Origin: Verrucomicrobiia bacterium
Lineage (GTDB): Bacteria > Verrucomicrobiota > Verrucomicrobiia > Palsa-1439
DNA length: 64,000 nucleotides
Assembly (NCBI GenBank): GCA_035541135.1
Contig: DATKNW010000016.1
Location: 258,221-322,220, forward strand
Direction of reading: 5' to 3'
In this document: piece after piece, positions 9,669-18,896 of the stretch
Layout of the letters: each line of letters begins with the position of its first letter
Position numbering within the stretch: the stretch's first letter is position 1
Program-made: the position numbers and the translations under genes
The notes under the pieces: generated by a model
Seen by the model: the letters and a program-made list of their open reading frames with translations, nothing else
Databases searched by the model: none
Told to the model about the DNA's origin: nothing

Positions 9669-11129
9669 GTGAGTTCAAACACTGTTATCGAGGTAGAGAA
9701 CCTATCGAAGGCCTACGCGATCTGGACTTCCCCGGCGGCTCGGTTGCACGGACCGTTGCTGGGTCGGGTCGGACAACTGCCATTTCTGCCCTTGGGAACC
9801 CGCAAGCTTTGCAAGCGGCTCTCGCATGAATCCTTCCGAAATTTCTACGCGCTGAAGAACATCTCGTTCCAGGTGTCCCGGGGAGAGAACTTCGGGATCA
9901 TCGGTCGCAACGGCTCGGGCAAGAGCACGCTGCTGCAAGTCATCGCGGGAACGCTCGCCCCGACGGAAGGCGAGGTGCGGCTGGGAGGCAAGGTGGCCGC
10001 GCTGCTGGAACTGGGTAGCGGGTTCAACCCGGAGTTCACGGGTCGCGAGAATGTTTACATGAACGCCACGGTGTTGGGGCTGACGAAACAGGAGATCGAT
10101 GGAAAGTTCGAGGAGATTGCGGCGTTTGCCGACATTGGCGAATTCATCGATCAGCCGGTCAAAACGTACAGCAGCGGCATGTTGATGCGGCTGGCATTCG
10201 CCGTGACCACGCGGGTGGATGCAGAAGTCATCGTGATTGACGAGGCCCTGGCCGTGGGGGACATTTTTTTCCGGCAAAAATGCTACCAACATCTGGAGGC
10301 ATTGCGCGCCAAGGGCGTGTCCATCGTGCTGGTCTCGCACGGCATGGGCGAAGTCGAGCAGTTCTGTCAGCGGGCCGCGTTGCTCCATCACGGCCAATTG
10401 GTATTCGAGGGAAGTGCCACGGAGGCCGTCAAACGGTACTACCTGATTGAGCAGGAAGAGTACGCCCAATCGGTTGCCAGCGGCGGTGCTCTCTCGCCGA
10501 GACCAGCGACCTCGCTGGTGACGACCGGCGACGAGATGGCGTGGCCGGCCCCCGAGGCGTTTCTGGATCTTTCGGGTGTCCGACAGGTCTCCAATGGCTG
10601 GGCGCGGTGTACCGCCGTCGCCGTGTGCGATGCCGAGGGCCGCCCGTGCGTTGCCTTCCCCCAGGGGGAGACCGCGAGCTTCTTTTACGAGTTCGAGTTG
10701 CTGCAGGACATCGAAGCGCCCATCGGCGGGCTGGAGATTCTCAACGACAAGAATGTGATCGTGCACGGAAAGAACACGCTGGAGTACGGCTCCGAAGTCC
10801 CGTTGAACGCGGGGGCAGGAGGACGCTTGCGATTTCGGCAGGATATTTCGCTGGAATTGGCGGTTGGCGAATACGTCGTCACCATCGGGCTGGCGATGCT
10901 GGCAAATTCCGACTATCAGCAGCGCGGCTCGATGTCGCACGCCGAACTGCATACGAAACTCATCCGGCTTTGCCACCTGGCCCGAGTGGCGATGTTTGCG
11001 GTTGTGTATCGTCGCGGCGGCCAACCCGTACAATTGCTGCACCACGGCGTCGCCAACCTGCCCGGCTTATGTGCCGTGACCCTCGTCGAGCATGTGGAGG
11101 CAGGACGGCTGAATGAAGTCTCCGCGTGA
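9669..11129 (+). CDS. wzt: Polysaccharide ABC exporter ATP-binding protein with a C-terminal Wzt_C-like glycan-binding domain
   Basis: Walker A GRNGSGKST, signature YSSGMLMRLAFA and Walker B VIVIDEAL. A ~220-aa beta-rich C-terminal extension follows. Confidence 0.9.
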   Translation: MSSNTVIEVENLSKAYAIWTSPAARLHGPLLGRVGQLPFLPLGTRKLCKRLSHESFRNFYALKNISFQVSRGENFGIIGRNGSGKSTLLQVIAGTLAPTEGEVRLGGKVAALLELGSGFNPEFTGRENVYMNATVLGLTKQEIDGKFEEIAAFADIGEFIDQPVKTYSSGMLMRLAFAVTTRVDAEVIVIDEALAVGDIFFRQKCYQHLEALRAKGVSIVLVSHGMGEVEQFCQRAALLHHGQLVFEGSATEAVKRYYLIEQEEYAQSVASGGALSPRPATSLVTTGDEMAWPAPEAFLDLSGVRQVSNGWARCTAVAVCDAEGRPCVAFPQGETASFFYEFELLQDIEAPIGGLEILNDKNVIVHGKNTLEYGSEVPLNAGAGGRLRFRQDISLELAVGEYVVTIGLAMLANSDYQQRGSMSHAELHTKLIRLCHLARVAMFAVVYRRGGQPVQLLHHGVANLPGLCAVTLVEHVEAGRLNEVSA

Positions 11130-12897
11130 ACCGGCGGTCGGCCGTCGCGCCAGGACCACACCCGTTTGTTGGTGTGGGAACAAGGCGTTGGAACGGTTTT
11201 CGGATGATTATCTTCGGTGCGCCCAATGCGAAACGCTGGTCTGGCAGCGCGTCCCGACCGAAGACGTCACGCGCGTGCGGAATGATGCGACGGACCTGTA
11301 CGGACGGAGCTATTATCAGGAGCATCTGCAACAGAGTTTTGGCTATCCCGACCTGGCGACCCGGGCCCGCACCGATTTGCCAGAACGTTGTCTCCACTGG
11401 CTGCGGACCGTCCTGAAGTACAAAGTGCCGCCAGGAAAAGCCCTCGAATTGGGCAGCGCACACGGCGCCTTTGTCGCCCTGCTGCGATGGGCCGGGTTTG
11501 ACGCCGCCGGCCTGGAGCTGAGCCCGTGGGTCGTGGATTTCGCCACGCGCACGTATCAGGTGCCTACCCTGTCGGGGCCCATCGAAGATCAGACCTTCGC
11601 GGCGCGATCGCTGGATGTCGTCGCACTGATGGATGTGCTGGAGCATCTGCCGGACCCGCTGGCCACGATCCGTCAGTGTGTCAGGTTGCTCAAACCGGCC
11701 GGGATGTTGGTTATCCAGACGCCAAACTACCCGGCGGGCCGAACGTATCAACAATTGGTTTCGGAGAAGAGCCGTTTTCTCGAGCAGCTAAAACCCCGTG
11801 AGCATCTCTTCCTGTTCAGTCAGGACTCGATCAAGCAGTTCCTGGTGCGGTCGGGATTGGAAAGTCAGGTCTTCGAACCGGCGATTTTTGGGCACTACGA
11901 CATGTTCGTGGTTGCCAGCCGCCAGCCGCTGGCCGTTCAGACATCGGACGAGATCGTGAAGAGACTGTGTGCCGCGCCCGGTGGCCGGCTCGTTCTGGCG
12001 CTGCTGGATTTGAGCGAGCAACTCCAGGAGTTGAATACTCGGCACGTCCAATCCGAGGCGGATCGAACCGCCCGACTCGATGTGATCCATGAGCAGGGGC
12101 GACGAATCTCCGAGCTGGAGGCCGAAGTCCATCGCTGGCTGGAAGAGGCCAGGACGTATTCCGCGCAGGCACGGCAGCTCGAAAGCGGCCGATCCGAGCT
12201 GACCCGGCAACTGGCCGATTCCGAGGCCGACCGGGCCGCCCGGCTCGAAGTGATCCATGAGCAGGGACGACGAATCTCCGAGCTGGAGGCCGAAGTTCAT
12301 CGCTGGCTGGAGGAAGCCAAGAAATACACCGTCTCGATCCTGCAGTTGGAAGCGGCCAGGGCCGGGTTGTCCGAGCAGGTCTCGCGGTTGGCGGAGGAGA
12401 ATCGGCAGCATCAGTCCCAGCTCGCGGAAGCGGGTATCCAACTCAATGCGGCGAGGGCGGAGCTGGAGCGGAAACGGGCGGAGAATGAGTCGCTGGCGCG
12501 AGAGAAACAAGCTCAGGAATCGGCGTACGCCAGGGAGAAGATGGATCTTCTTGGTCAATTGGAGACGTCCCAGCGCGACCTCGCCGCCGTCAAGGCTGAG
12601 GGAGCGCGGATGTCTGCCGAGATCGCGAAATACGCCGGCATTTTGGCGCGGCTGGAAACAGAACTTGCCGGCGTCCGCAGCGCGAACGAATCTCTCACAC
12701 GCGAGCTTCAGACATCTCGCGATGAGAATCGCAATTTGGGGGCCCGCCTGGACACGCAGTCACACGCCCTCGATGGCGCGCTCAGCTCCCTCGAGGCCGC
12801 GCGGCTGCGGATCCGAGAGCTTCAAGAGCAATTCTCGGAAATGAACAACCATCGGCTTGTGCGCGTACTCAAGGCGTGCGGGCTGTGGCGCTGGTGA
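11113..12897 (+). CDS. Class I SAM methyltransferase with an N-terminal Cys4 ribbon and a ~300-aa C-terminal coiled coil (WbdD-like terminator candidate)
   Basis: CWCG..CAQC, LELGSAHGAF and DVVALMDVLEHLPDP. The C-terminal half is heptad-rich E/R/L/A/Q sequence. The gene overlaps wzt by 17 nt. Confidence 0.85.
   Translation: MKSPREPAVGRRARTTPVCWCGNKALERFSDDYLRCAQCETLVWQRVPTEDVTRVRNDATDLYGRSYYQEHLQQSFGYPDLATRARTDLPERCLHWLRTVLKYKVPPGKALELGSAHGAFVALLRWAGFDAAGLELSPWVVDFATRTYQVPTLSGPIEDQTFAARSLDVVALMDVLEHLPDPLATIRQCVRLLKPAGMLVIQTPNYPAGRTYQQLVSEKSRFLEQLKPREHLFLFSQDSIKQFLVRSGLESQVFEPAIFGHYDMFVVASRQPLAVQTSDEIVKRLCAAPGGRLVLALLDLSEQLQELNTRHVQSEADRTARLDVIHEQGRRISELEAEVHRWLEEARTYSAQARQLESGRSELTRQLADSEADRAARLEVIHEQGRRISELEAEVHRWLEEAKKYTVSILQLEAARAGLSEQVSRLAEENRQHQSQLAEAGIQLNAARAELERKRAENESLAREKQAQESAYAREKMDLLGQLETSQRDLAAVKAEGARMSAEIAKYAGILARLETELAGVRSANESLTRELQTSRDENRNLGARLDTQSHALDGALSSLEAARLRIRELQEQFSEMNNHRLVRVLKACGLWRW
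12052..12318 (+). repeat. Tandem duplication within the coiled-coil coding region: two ~99-nt copies with a 168-nt period
   Basis: TCCGAGGC(G/C)GA..CATGAGCAGGG.CGACGAATCTCCGAGCTGGAGGCCGAAGT.CATCGCTGGCTGGA starts at 12052 and again at 12220. Both copies encode SEADR.ARL.VIHEQGRRISELEAEVHRWLEEA. Confidence 0.85.
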
Positions 12898-12904
12898 GCG
12901 GCAC

Positions 12905-15397
12905 ATGGCAGCGATGCACAACGTGCTGACATTGACGACCGACCTCCCGTTCTTTCCCGGGAAGAACGGGAACGACTTTTTCAATCTGCGCCATACGGCC
13001 CGGCGACACGCGGTCGGCGTCGTCGCTCCGTTGCACCCGCACTATCCCGCGGAAGGCGTGGCCAATCTCGAAAGTCTTCTCTGCGGTTCCTACTTCTGGC
13101 CCCGGCCGATCACGGCACCCGCCCCGCTCCCCCCACTGCGGAACCCGCCGCCGCGCCTGGCACGGTGGCTGAAATCCCTGCCTCCCCGTGTGCGGAACGC
13201 GCTGTTGCTTCGATTGCTTCGTCTGCAACGGCAACCGGCGGAAGCCTACGGGCAATTGACCACCCTGGCCAACTGCGCTCCCTACCTGCTGCGCGCGATG
13301 GCCGACCGCCACTGGCAGTTGATCGTCCTGATCCAATCCAGCACGGAACCGTGGTTGGATTATCTGCCGTCGCAGCCGGCGAAGATGGTCTACTTTCACG
13401 ACGTCCGCTCGGATTATCTGCCGAATCGGCCCGGCGGTTCCGAGCACAACGCGGCCGACCGGAGAAGCCTGCAGGCGATATTCGCCCAGGAGGAACGCTA
13501 CTGCCGTCGAGTCGATACGGTAGGTTTTGTCTCCGAGCTTGATCGGCAACGCGCGATCAAGCTGTTTCAGCCGACGGCAGAAGCAGGCGTGTGTCCGATA
13601 CCGGTGGACACGGACTATTATACGACCGCGCCGGCGGGATGGCGCAAAGACGGGCGTCCGATTGTGCTGTTCACGGGGCATCTCGGACATCCACCCAACG
13701 TCGACGCGGTGTTGTATTTTCTGGGGCAGATCTGGCCGCTCATCCGCCACGAGATTCCGGCCGCTGTGTTTCAGGTGGCGGGACTCTTGCCGGATCCGGA
13801 ACTGCAACAGGCTTGTCGAAACACTCCGGGCGTCGAGCTTTGCCCCAACGTACCGGACATCCGGCCGTATTTCTGGAATGCCGCCGTCTATGTCGTGCCG
13901 ATGCGCTTTGGTGGTGGTGTGCGACAGAAGATTTTCGAGGCGTGGTCGATGGAGGTGCCGGTCGTTTGCACGGCCATGGCAGCGGAAGGAACCAGGGCTG
14001 TCAGCGGGCAGAATTGCTGGCTGAGGGAAAGCCCATCCACATTTGCGGCCGCAGTCGTGGAGTTGTTGCGAGGACCAGATCGCGCGGTGGTGGCCGGGGC
14101 GAAGGCGACGGTTTTGGCCCACAATTCCATCCCGGTGGCCGCCACCCCATACGAAGAACTGGTTCGTCGGACCGTGAACGTCAAACGAAAGCGGCCCTAT
14201 AAGTTATTGTTTGACCTGCGGTGGATGAGGATTGGCGCGGCCGGTGGCCAGGAACAGATGACCCATGAATTGATCTCGGCGATTTCCAGGCTCGACTACC
14301 GGAACGAATATCGCATGTTCTGTCCGCGGAGCACGTACTACGAGTGGGAGTTCCCCAGGGGTTTTCGCTGTCGTGGCTGCTTCACGGAGCCGACCGGCGC
14401 CAAATTATCCGCGTTGCAGGCGGGACTGGCAAACCTGCTGGCTCAAACCCTTCGCCGTCCGCAACTGTTGACGCCCGAGATGCGCGCGCTGCGTTGGTAT
14501 CACCAGTTGGATTTCGACGTCGTCCATTCCGTCTGTGGCTACTCGCATCCCGACTTGCGGGCGTTTCCCAACATTCTCACGGTGCACGACCTGCAGCACG
14601 TTCATTTCCCGGAATTCTTCTCACCCGAGGCGCGGGCGGAGCGGGAAAGACTCTATCGGGAATCGGTGGGCCACGCGACGCATATCATGTGCGTCTCCGA
14701 GTTCACGCGCATGGATCTTCACACAAGTTACGGGGTTCCGCTGGAGAAGATGACAACGGTGTGGAATATCCCGTCGCGGGCGGCCTGGCTCAAGGTCGAA
14801 GAGCGCCAGCGCCGCCGCTTGCTGGCGCGAATGGGAGTTCGCGGCCGGTACCTGTTCTTCCCGGCGCACTGTTGGCCTCACAAGAACCACTTGCGGTTGG
14901 TGGAGGCCTTCAAGCTGGCGGAGGCGGAATTGCCGCCCGACATTCAATTGGTGTTCGCGGGCAGGCAGTTTGACGAGAAGCATGCGGCGGCTGAGTTGAT
15001 TCGCGCCGAAGGATTGGAGTCCCGGGTGGTCCATGTCGGGTACCGCTCCCCGCTGGAGGTTCGGGCGCTCTACGGCGGCGCGCACGCCCTCGTGTTCCCG
15101 TCGTTGTTCGAGGGCTTCGGCATGCCCGTCGCGGAGGCGATCATCGCGGATTGCCCGGTGGCCTGCTCACAGACAACGTCGCTGCCGGAAATCGGCGGTG
15201 ACGCCGCGATGTATTTCGATCCCCGGAATGCCAAGGCCATCGCCCGAGCGTTGATCGAGATCATCACCAGCCAGAAGATCCGTGCCGACCTGGTGGCGGC
15301 CGGCCGGCAGCGCAAGCGGACGTTTTCTCCTCGACTCAGCGCGGCCAAGGCCTTATCCGTATACGCCCGGGTGTTTCAGGAGGTTTATTCAGAGTGA
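12905..15397 (+). CDS. Two-domain GT4 glycosyltransferase (WbdA-like polymerase candidate)
   Basis: There are two GT-B halves. The second carries HKNHLRLVEAF and LVFPSLFEGFGMPVAEAI. The ATG at 12905 follows the upstream stop. Confidence 0.85.
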   Translation: MAAMHNVLTLTTDLPFFPGKNGNDFFNLRHTARRHAVGVVAPLHPHYPAEGVANLESLLCGSYFWPRPITAPAPLPPLRNPPPRLARWLKSLPPRVRNALLLRLLRLQRQPAEAYGQLTTLANCAPYLLRAMADRHWQLIVLIQSSTEPWLDYLPSQPAKMVYFHDVRSDYLPNRPGGSEHNAADRRSLQAIFAQEERYCRRVDTVGFVSELDRQRAIKLFQPTAEAGVCPIPVDTDYYTTAPAGWRKDGRPIVLFTGHLGHPPNVDAVLYFLGQIWPLIRHEIPAAVFQVAGLLPDPELQQACRNTPGVELCPNVPDIRPYFWNAAVYVVPMRFGGGVRQKIFEAWSMEVPVVCTAMAAEGTRAVSGQNCWLRESPSTFAAAVVELLRGPDRAVVAGAKATVLAHNSIPVAATPYEELVRRTVNVKRKRPYKLLFDLRWMRIGAAGGQEQMTHELISAISRLDYRNEYRMFCPRSTYYEWEFPRGFRCRGCFTEPTGAKLSALQAGLANLLAQTLRRPQLLTPEMRALRWYHQLDFDVVHSVCGYSHPDLRAFPNILTVHDLQHVHFPEFFSPEARAERERLYRESVGHATHIMCVSEFTRMDLHTSYGVPLEKMTTVWNIPSRAAWLKVEERQRRRLLARMGVRGRYLFFPAHCWPHKNHLRLVEAFKLAEAELPPDIQLVFAGRQFDEKHAAAELIRAEGLESRVVHVGYRSPLEVRALYGGAHALVFPSLFEGFGMPVAEAIIADCPVACSQTTSLPEIGGDAAMYFDPRNAKAIARALIEIITSQKIRADLVAAGRQRKRTFSPRLSAAKALSVYARVFQEVYSE

Positions 15398-16857
15398 CAG
15401 CCCGTGAGATGAAGAATCTGCCGCTCATTTCGATCGCCGTCCCGTCATTCAACCAGGGACGCTTCATCCGCGAGACGTTGCAGAGCCTGGTGGACCAGCA
15501 GTATCCAAATCTCGAAGTCATCATCCAGGATGGCGGGTCAACCGACGGCGCGGTGGAGATCGCGCGCGAGTTTGCGGAACGAGAGCCGCACATCTTCAAA
15601 TTGTTTGTCGAGAAGGACACGGGCCACGCCCAGGCGGTGAACCGCGCCTTTCGCCGGGCCAACGGGGAAATTCTCGGGTACTTGAACACCGACGACACGC
15701 TCTACCCGGGTTGTCTCCACCGCGTCGCGCAGGAAATCAGCCCATCCCGCGGGCGGAATGTTGTGTTCGGCCGCTGCCTGTTTACCGGCGAAGGCTCACC
15801 CTACGTCGGTGCCGAGCATCCGTCGAAGTTCACGAGCCATTTCGACCACCTGGCGATTTGGAAGCGAGGATATAACACCATCCCGCAGCCGGCCACGTTC
15901 TGGCATCGCCGGGTCTACGAACGGTGCGGCGGTTTCGATGAGAATCACAACCACGGCCTCGATTATCTCCAGTGGTGCAAGTTCAGCCGTGATTTCGTGT
16001 TTCACGGGGTCGACGAGCTGTGGGCCACCTATCGGATGCACTCCGCTTCGGTGTCGGCCAACAAGACGGAGCAGGATTGGCTGGAGATCATGACCCGTTA
16101 CAGCCGGATGCACTGGGGACCATGGTGGCACCCGCTGCGCTGGCGATGCGAGATCTCCCATTGGATTCACGGGCAACACCGGCATGAGCGGGCCTGTCAT
16201 CACGCCCGCCGGGCCGAGCAAGCCTGGGACCGCGGCCAATTCGCGGCGGCGGTTTGGGAGACAATCCGAACGGGGCACCTTTCGCCCCGGATGGCCTGGC
16301 ACCGGCTGCTGCAGCCGGTGCTGGCCGACAAGACGTACTCCGGTCTCGTGTTCTTGCTGTTTCAGAAAACCGACGATGCGGCTTCGGCCTTTGTCGGCAA
16401 GTATAACGACAACTGGGTGGGCCCGGTCTACCGCCAAACCATTGAAGTTCCGCACCCGCAGACAGAAATCATGTTGGTGCTCGAGCATGTACCCCAGCCC
16501 CGGCGTCACCACTCCAGTATTGAGGTCGTGCTCTTGATTAACGGCCGGGCGGTTGCCAGGGAGAAGCGAAGCGCTGGCGGTCAGTTTGGCCTGAAGGCCA
16601 TCGTGGACAAATCGACGAACAGCGGGACGGTGGAATTGGAGTTGCGGACGCGGCCGTATTTCATTCCGCGGCTGGTCTCGGACGCGGCGGACGACCGCAA
16701 ACTGGCGGTTCTCCTCCTGGAGACCATCGTCAGGCGCTACCAACCTCCGCGCAACGGCCTTCGTCCATTGAAGGAGACGGAGCGTGCCGTCAGACCGCGA
16801 GATGCAAAGGTCGAGCACGAACGCCCGGTCCGGCGAGGGCCCGGGAAGAGAAGTTGA
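15394..16857 (+). CDS. Glycosyltransferase family 2 with a C-terminal extension
   Basis: ISIAVPSFNQGRFIRETL, IIQDGGSTDG and LNTDDTLYP. There is a 4-nt overlap with the upstream gene. Confidence 0.85.
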   Translation: MTAREMKNLPLISIAVPSFNQGRFIRETLQSLVDQQYPNLEVIIQDGGSTDGAVEIAREFAEREPHIFKLFVEKDTGHAQAVNRAFRRANGEILGYLNTDDTLYPGCLHRVAQEISPSRGRNVVFGRCLFTGEGSPYVGAEHPSKFTSHFDHLAIWKRGYNTIPQPATFWHRRVYERCGGFDENHNHGLDYLQWCKFSRDFVFHGVDELWATYRMHSASVSANKTEQDWLEIMTRYSRMHWGPWWHPLRWRCEISHWIHGQHRHERACHHARRAEQAWDRGQFAAAVWETIRTGHLSPRMAWHRLLQPVLADKTYSGLVFLLFQKTDDAASAFVGKYNDNWVGPVYRQTIEVPHPQTEIMLVLEHVPQPRRHHSSIEVVLLINGRAVAREKRSAGGQFGLKAIVDKSTNSGTVELELRTRPYFIPRLVSDAADDRKLAVLLLETIVRRYQPPRNGLRPLKETERAVRPRDAKVEHERPVRRGPGKRS

Positions 16858-16876
16858 TGCTGTACCCGAGAAGCAA

Positions 16877-17770
16877 ATGACAGCACCCATCAGCATTATT
16901 ACCCCCTCGTACAATCAGGGCAGGTTCATCGAGCGGACGATCCAGAGCGTGCTGAGCCAGGGCATTACAGGCATGGAGTATTTAGTCATCGACGGCGGCA
17001 GCACAGACGAAACCGTCTCGATTCTGCGGGGCTTTGGCGATCGGCTCGCCTGGATTTCCGAAAGCGATGCGGGTCATTCCGACGCCGTCAACAAGGGGGT
17101 CCGGCGGTCAACCGCGGCGATCATCGGGTGGTTGAACTCGGATGATATTTACTACCCGGAGGCGTTGCGGACCGTGTTGGAATACTTCGAGCGGCACCCG
17201 GAAGTCGAGGTGGTCTACGGCGACGCCAATCACATCGACGAGAATGACCGGTTCATCGAGAAGTACCCAACCGAGCCGTGGGATTGGAATCGTCTGATCG
17301 AGAGGTGTTTCATCAGTCAGCCGGCGACGTTTCTGCGGCGTTCGGTCGTGGACCGGTGCGGCCCGCTCGATGTCACCTTGCGCCAGAGCATGGACTACGA
17401 ATACTGGATTCGCCTCGGCAAGGCCGGCGTGCGGTTTGCCTATCTGCCGAAGTTGCTGGCGGCGACGCGGCTGCATGCGGAAGCGTTTACCGTCCGCTCC
17501 CGCGTGGCTTGTCACCACGCGATCAACGAATTGATGCGCCGCCATTTTGGACGAGTGCCGGATCAGTGGATCTTCAATTACGCGCACGCGGTCGCCGAGA
17601 CGAACGGATTTGACCAGGCCAACCCGCTCTCCTTTGCCATCGCGCTGTCCACCGTCACCTGGTACGCGGCCGTGCGGTGGAACCACTGCATCAACCGCAC
17701 GACCCGAAAGACCACCGGCGAATGGCTGCGGACGAATTGGCGGCGCAGTCTTCAAGGAAGACCAGCGTGA
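16877..17770 (+). CDS. Glycosyltransferase family 2 (paralogue of 15394-16857)
   Basis: ISIITPSYNQGRFIERTI, VIDGGSTDET and LNSDDIYYP. The ATG at 16877 was chosen. Confidence 0.85.
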   Translation: MTAPISIITPSYNQGRFIERTIQSVLSQGITGMEYLVIDGGSTDETVSILRGFGDRLAWISESDAGHSDAVNKGVRRSTAAIIGWLNSDDIYYPEALRTVLEYFERHPEVEVVYGDANHIDENDRFIEKYPTEPWDWNRLIERCFISQPATFLRRSVVDRCGPLDVTLRQSMDYEYWIRLGKAGVRFAYLPKLLAATRLHAEAFTVRSRVACHHAINELMRRHFGRVPDQWIFNYAHAVAETNGFDQANPLSFAIALSTVTWYAAVRWNHCINRTTRKTTGEWLRTNWRRSLQGRPA

Positions 17771-17817
17771 GACCGCCGAACGGCCTCGGAACAGAGGAGT
17801 CGGCTGCGGCTACACAC

Positions 17818-18714
17818 TCATTGCCGCTTCATCCACAGTGACCCGCCCCCGTGGGGGAGAATTCCCTCCCGATACCCGTAGTAAATCGGCAAGACCGGCA
17901 GCCACTCTCGAGAGAACAGGAAGAGCATGGCCAGCATATACTGTTCGTTGGACTTGCAGTCGAGAAACAGTTGGTAGGGGTAATCGAAGGGCAGGAAGAT
18001 GTCGTGCAGGTGAATCCACACGCCCTTGGGCAGTCGGGGAAGAATGTTCAGGAAGAATTGCACGCAATCGCTGCCGTTCATCACCAGATGACTGCCATCC
18101 AGGAAGAGCACATCGCCGGGTTCCAGTTGATCGAACACGTCCAAATCGACCGTTGGCAGGCTGGCTTCGAAATACTCATGGGCAACCTTGCTGATGTCCT
18201 CACGGGGCTGCGGGTCGATGCAGGTGATCCTCGTCGGTAGTTGATAATCATCGATCGCCCGGCGCATGAACTTCGTGGAATTGCCGCACCCGATCTCGAT
18301 CACGCGGCGCGGCCGATGGCAGGCGATCACCGCATAGGCCAGGCGGGCATCTCCCGGATGAAAGTAATCGTTTCCCCAGTACGGAGTAACGTCATCCGTC
18401 TTGGTTTGCGGCACGGTGTCGAGGTGGGGCGAAAAGATGAACTCGCGAACCTGATCCGCGTGCCGGCGGATGATATCGCGATGGCCGTCGAACACCTTCT
18501 TGAGATGAGGAAAGACGTAGTCCAGTGGATGCGGCCGCATCGGGACCCCGAGCGTCGGCACGATCAGCACATCGAGCTCTTTCTCCAGGCCGGGCATCAG
18601 GCTGACCAACTCGGAATAGAGCGGGGGTTTGTCTCTGCCGGTAATGCTCACAATATCGTCCAGGTCGTCCGGCCGCGGGCCAACAGCATCAGCCGAACGG
18701 AGCGACGCTAGCAC
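17818..18714 (-). CDS. Class I SAM-dependent methyltransferase (Methyltransf_24-like)
   Basis: RVIEIGCGNSTKF and VLFLDGSHL. Confidence 0.7.
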   Translation of the reverse strand: MLASLRSADAVGPRPDDLDDIVSITGRDKPPLYSELVSLMPGLEKELDVLIVPTLGVPMRPHPLDYVFPHLKKVFDGHRDIIRRHADQVREFIFSPHLDTVPQTKTDDVTPYWGNDYFHPGDARLAYAVIACHRPRRVIEIGCGNSTKFMRRAIDDYQLPTRITCIDPQPREDISKVAHEYFEASLPTVDLDVFDQLEPGDVLFLDGSHLVMNGSDCVQFFLNILPRLPKGVWIHLHDIFLPFDYPYQLFLDCKSNEQYMLAMLFLFSREWLPVLPIYYGYREGILPHGGGSLWMKRQ

Positions 18715-18896
18715 ACGTTCAACACCAAGGGCAACGAATAATCAACGACTGCCCTTCGCGGCCACGCCAGCTTTGCGACGAAGAGCTTGTTTCGTTGCTT
18801 TTCGATTGACCGTGCGACACACAACCAACAATATCGGGCACGACAGAACCGCATGAATTCGGCACATCTGACAACGGTTATCGGCCGGTCGCTCAA

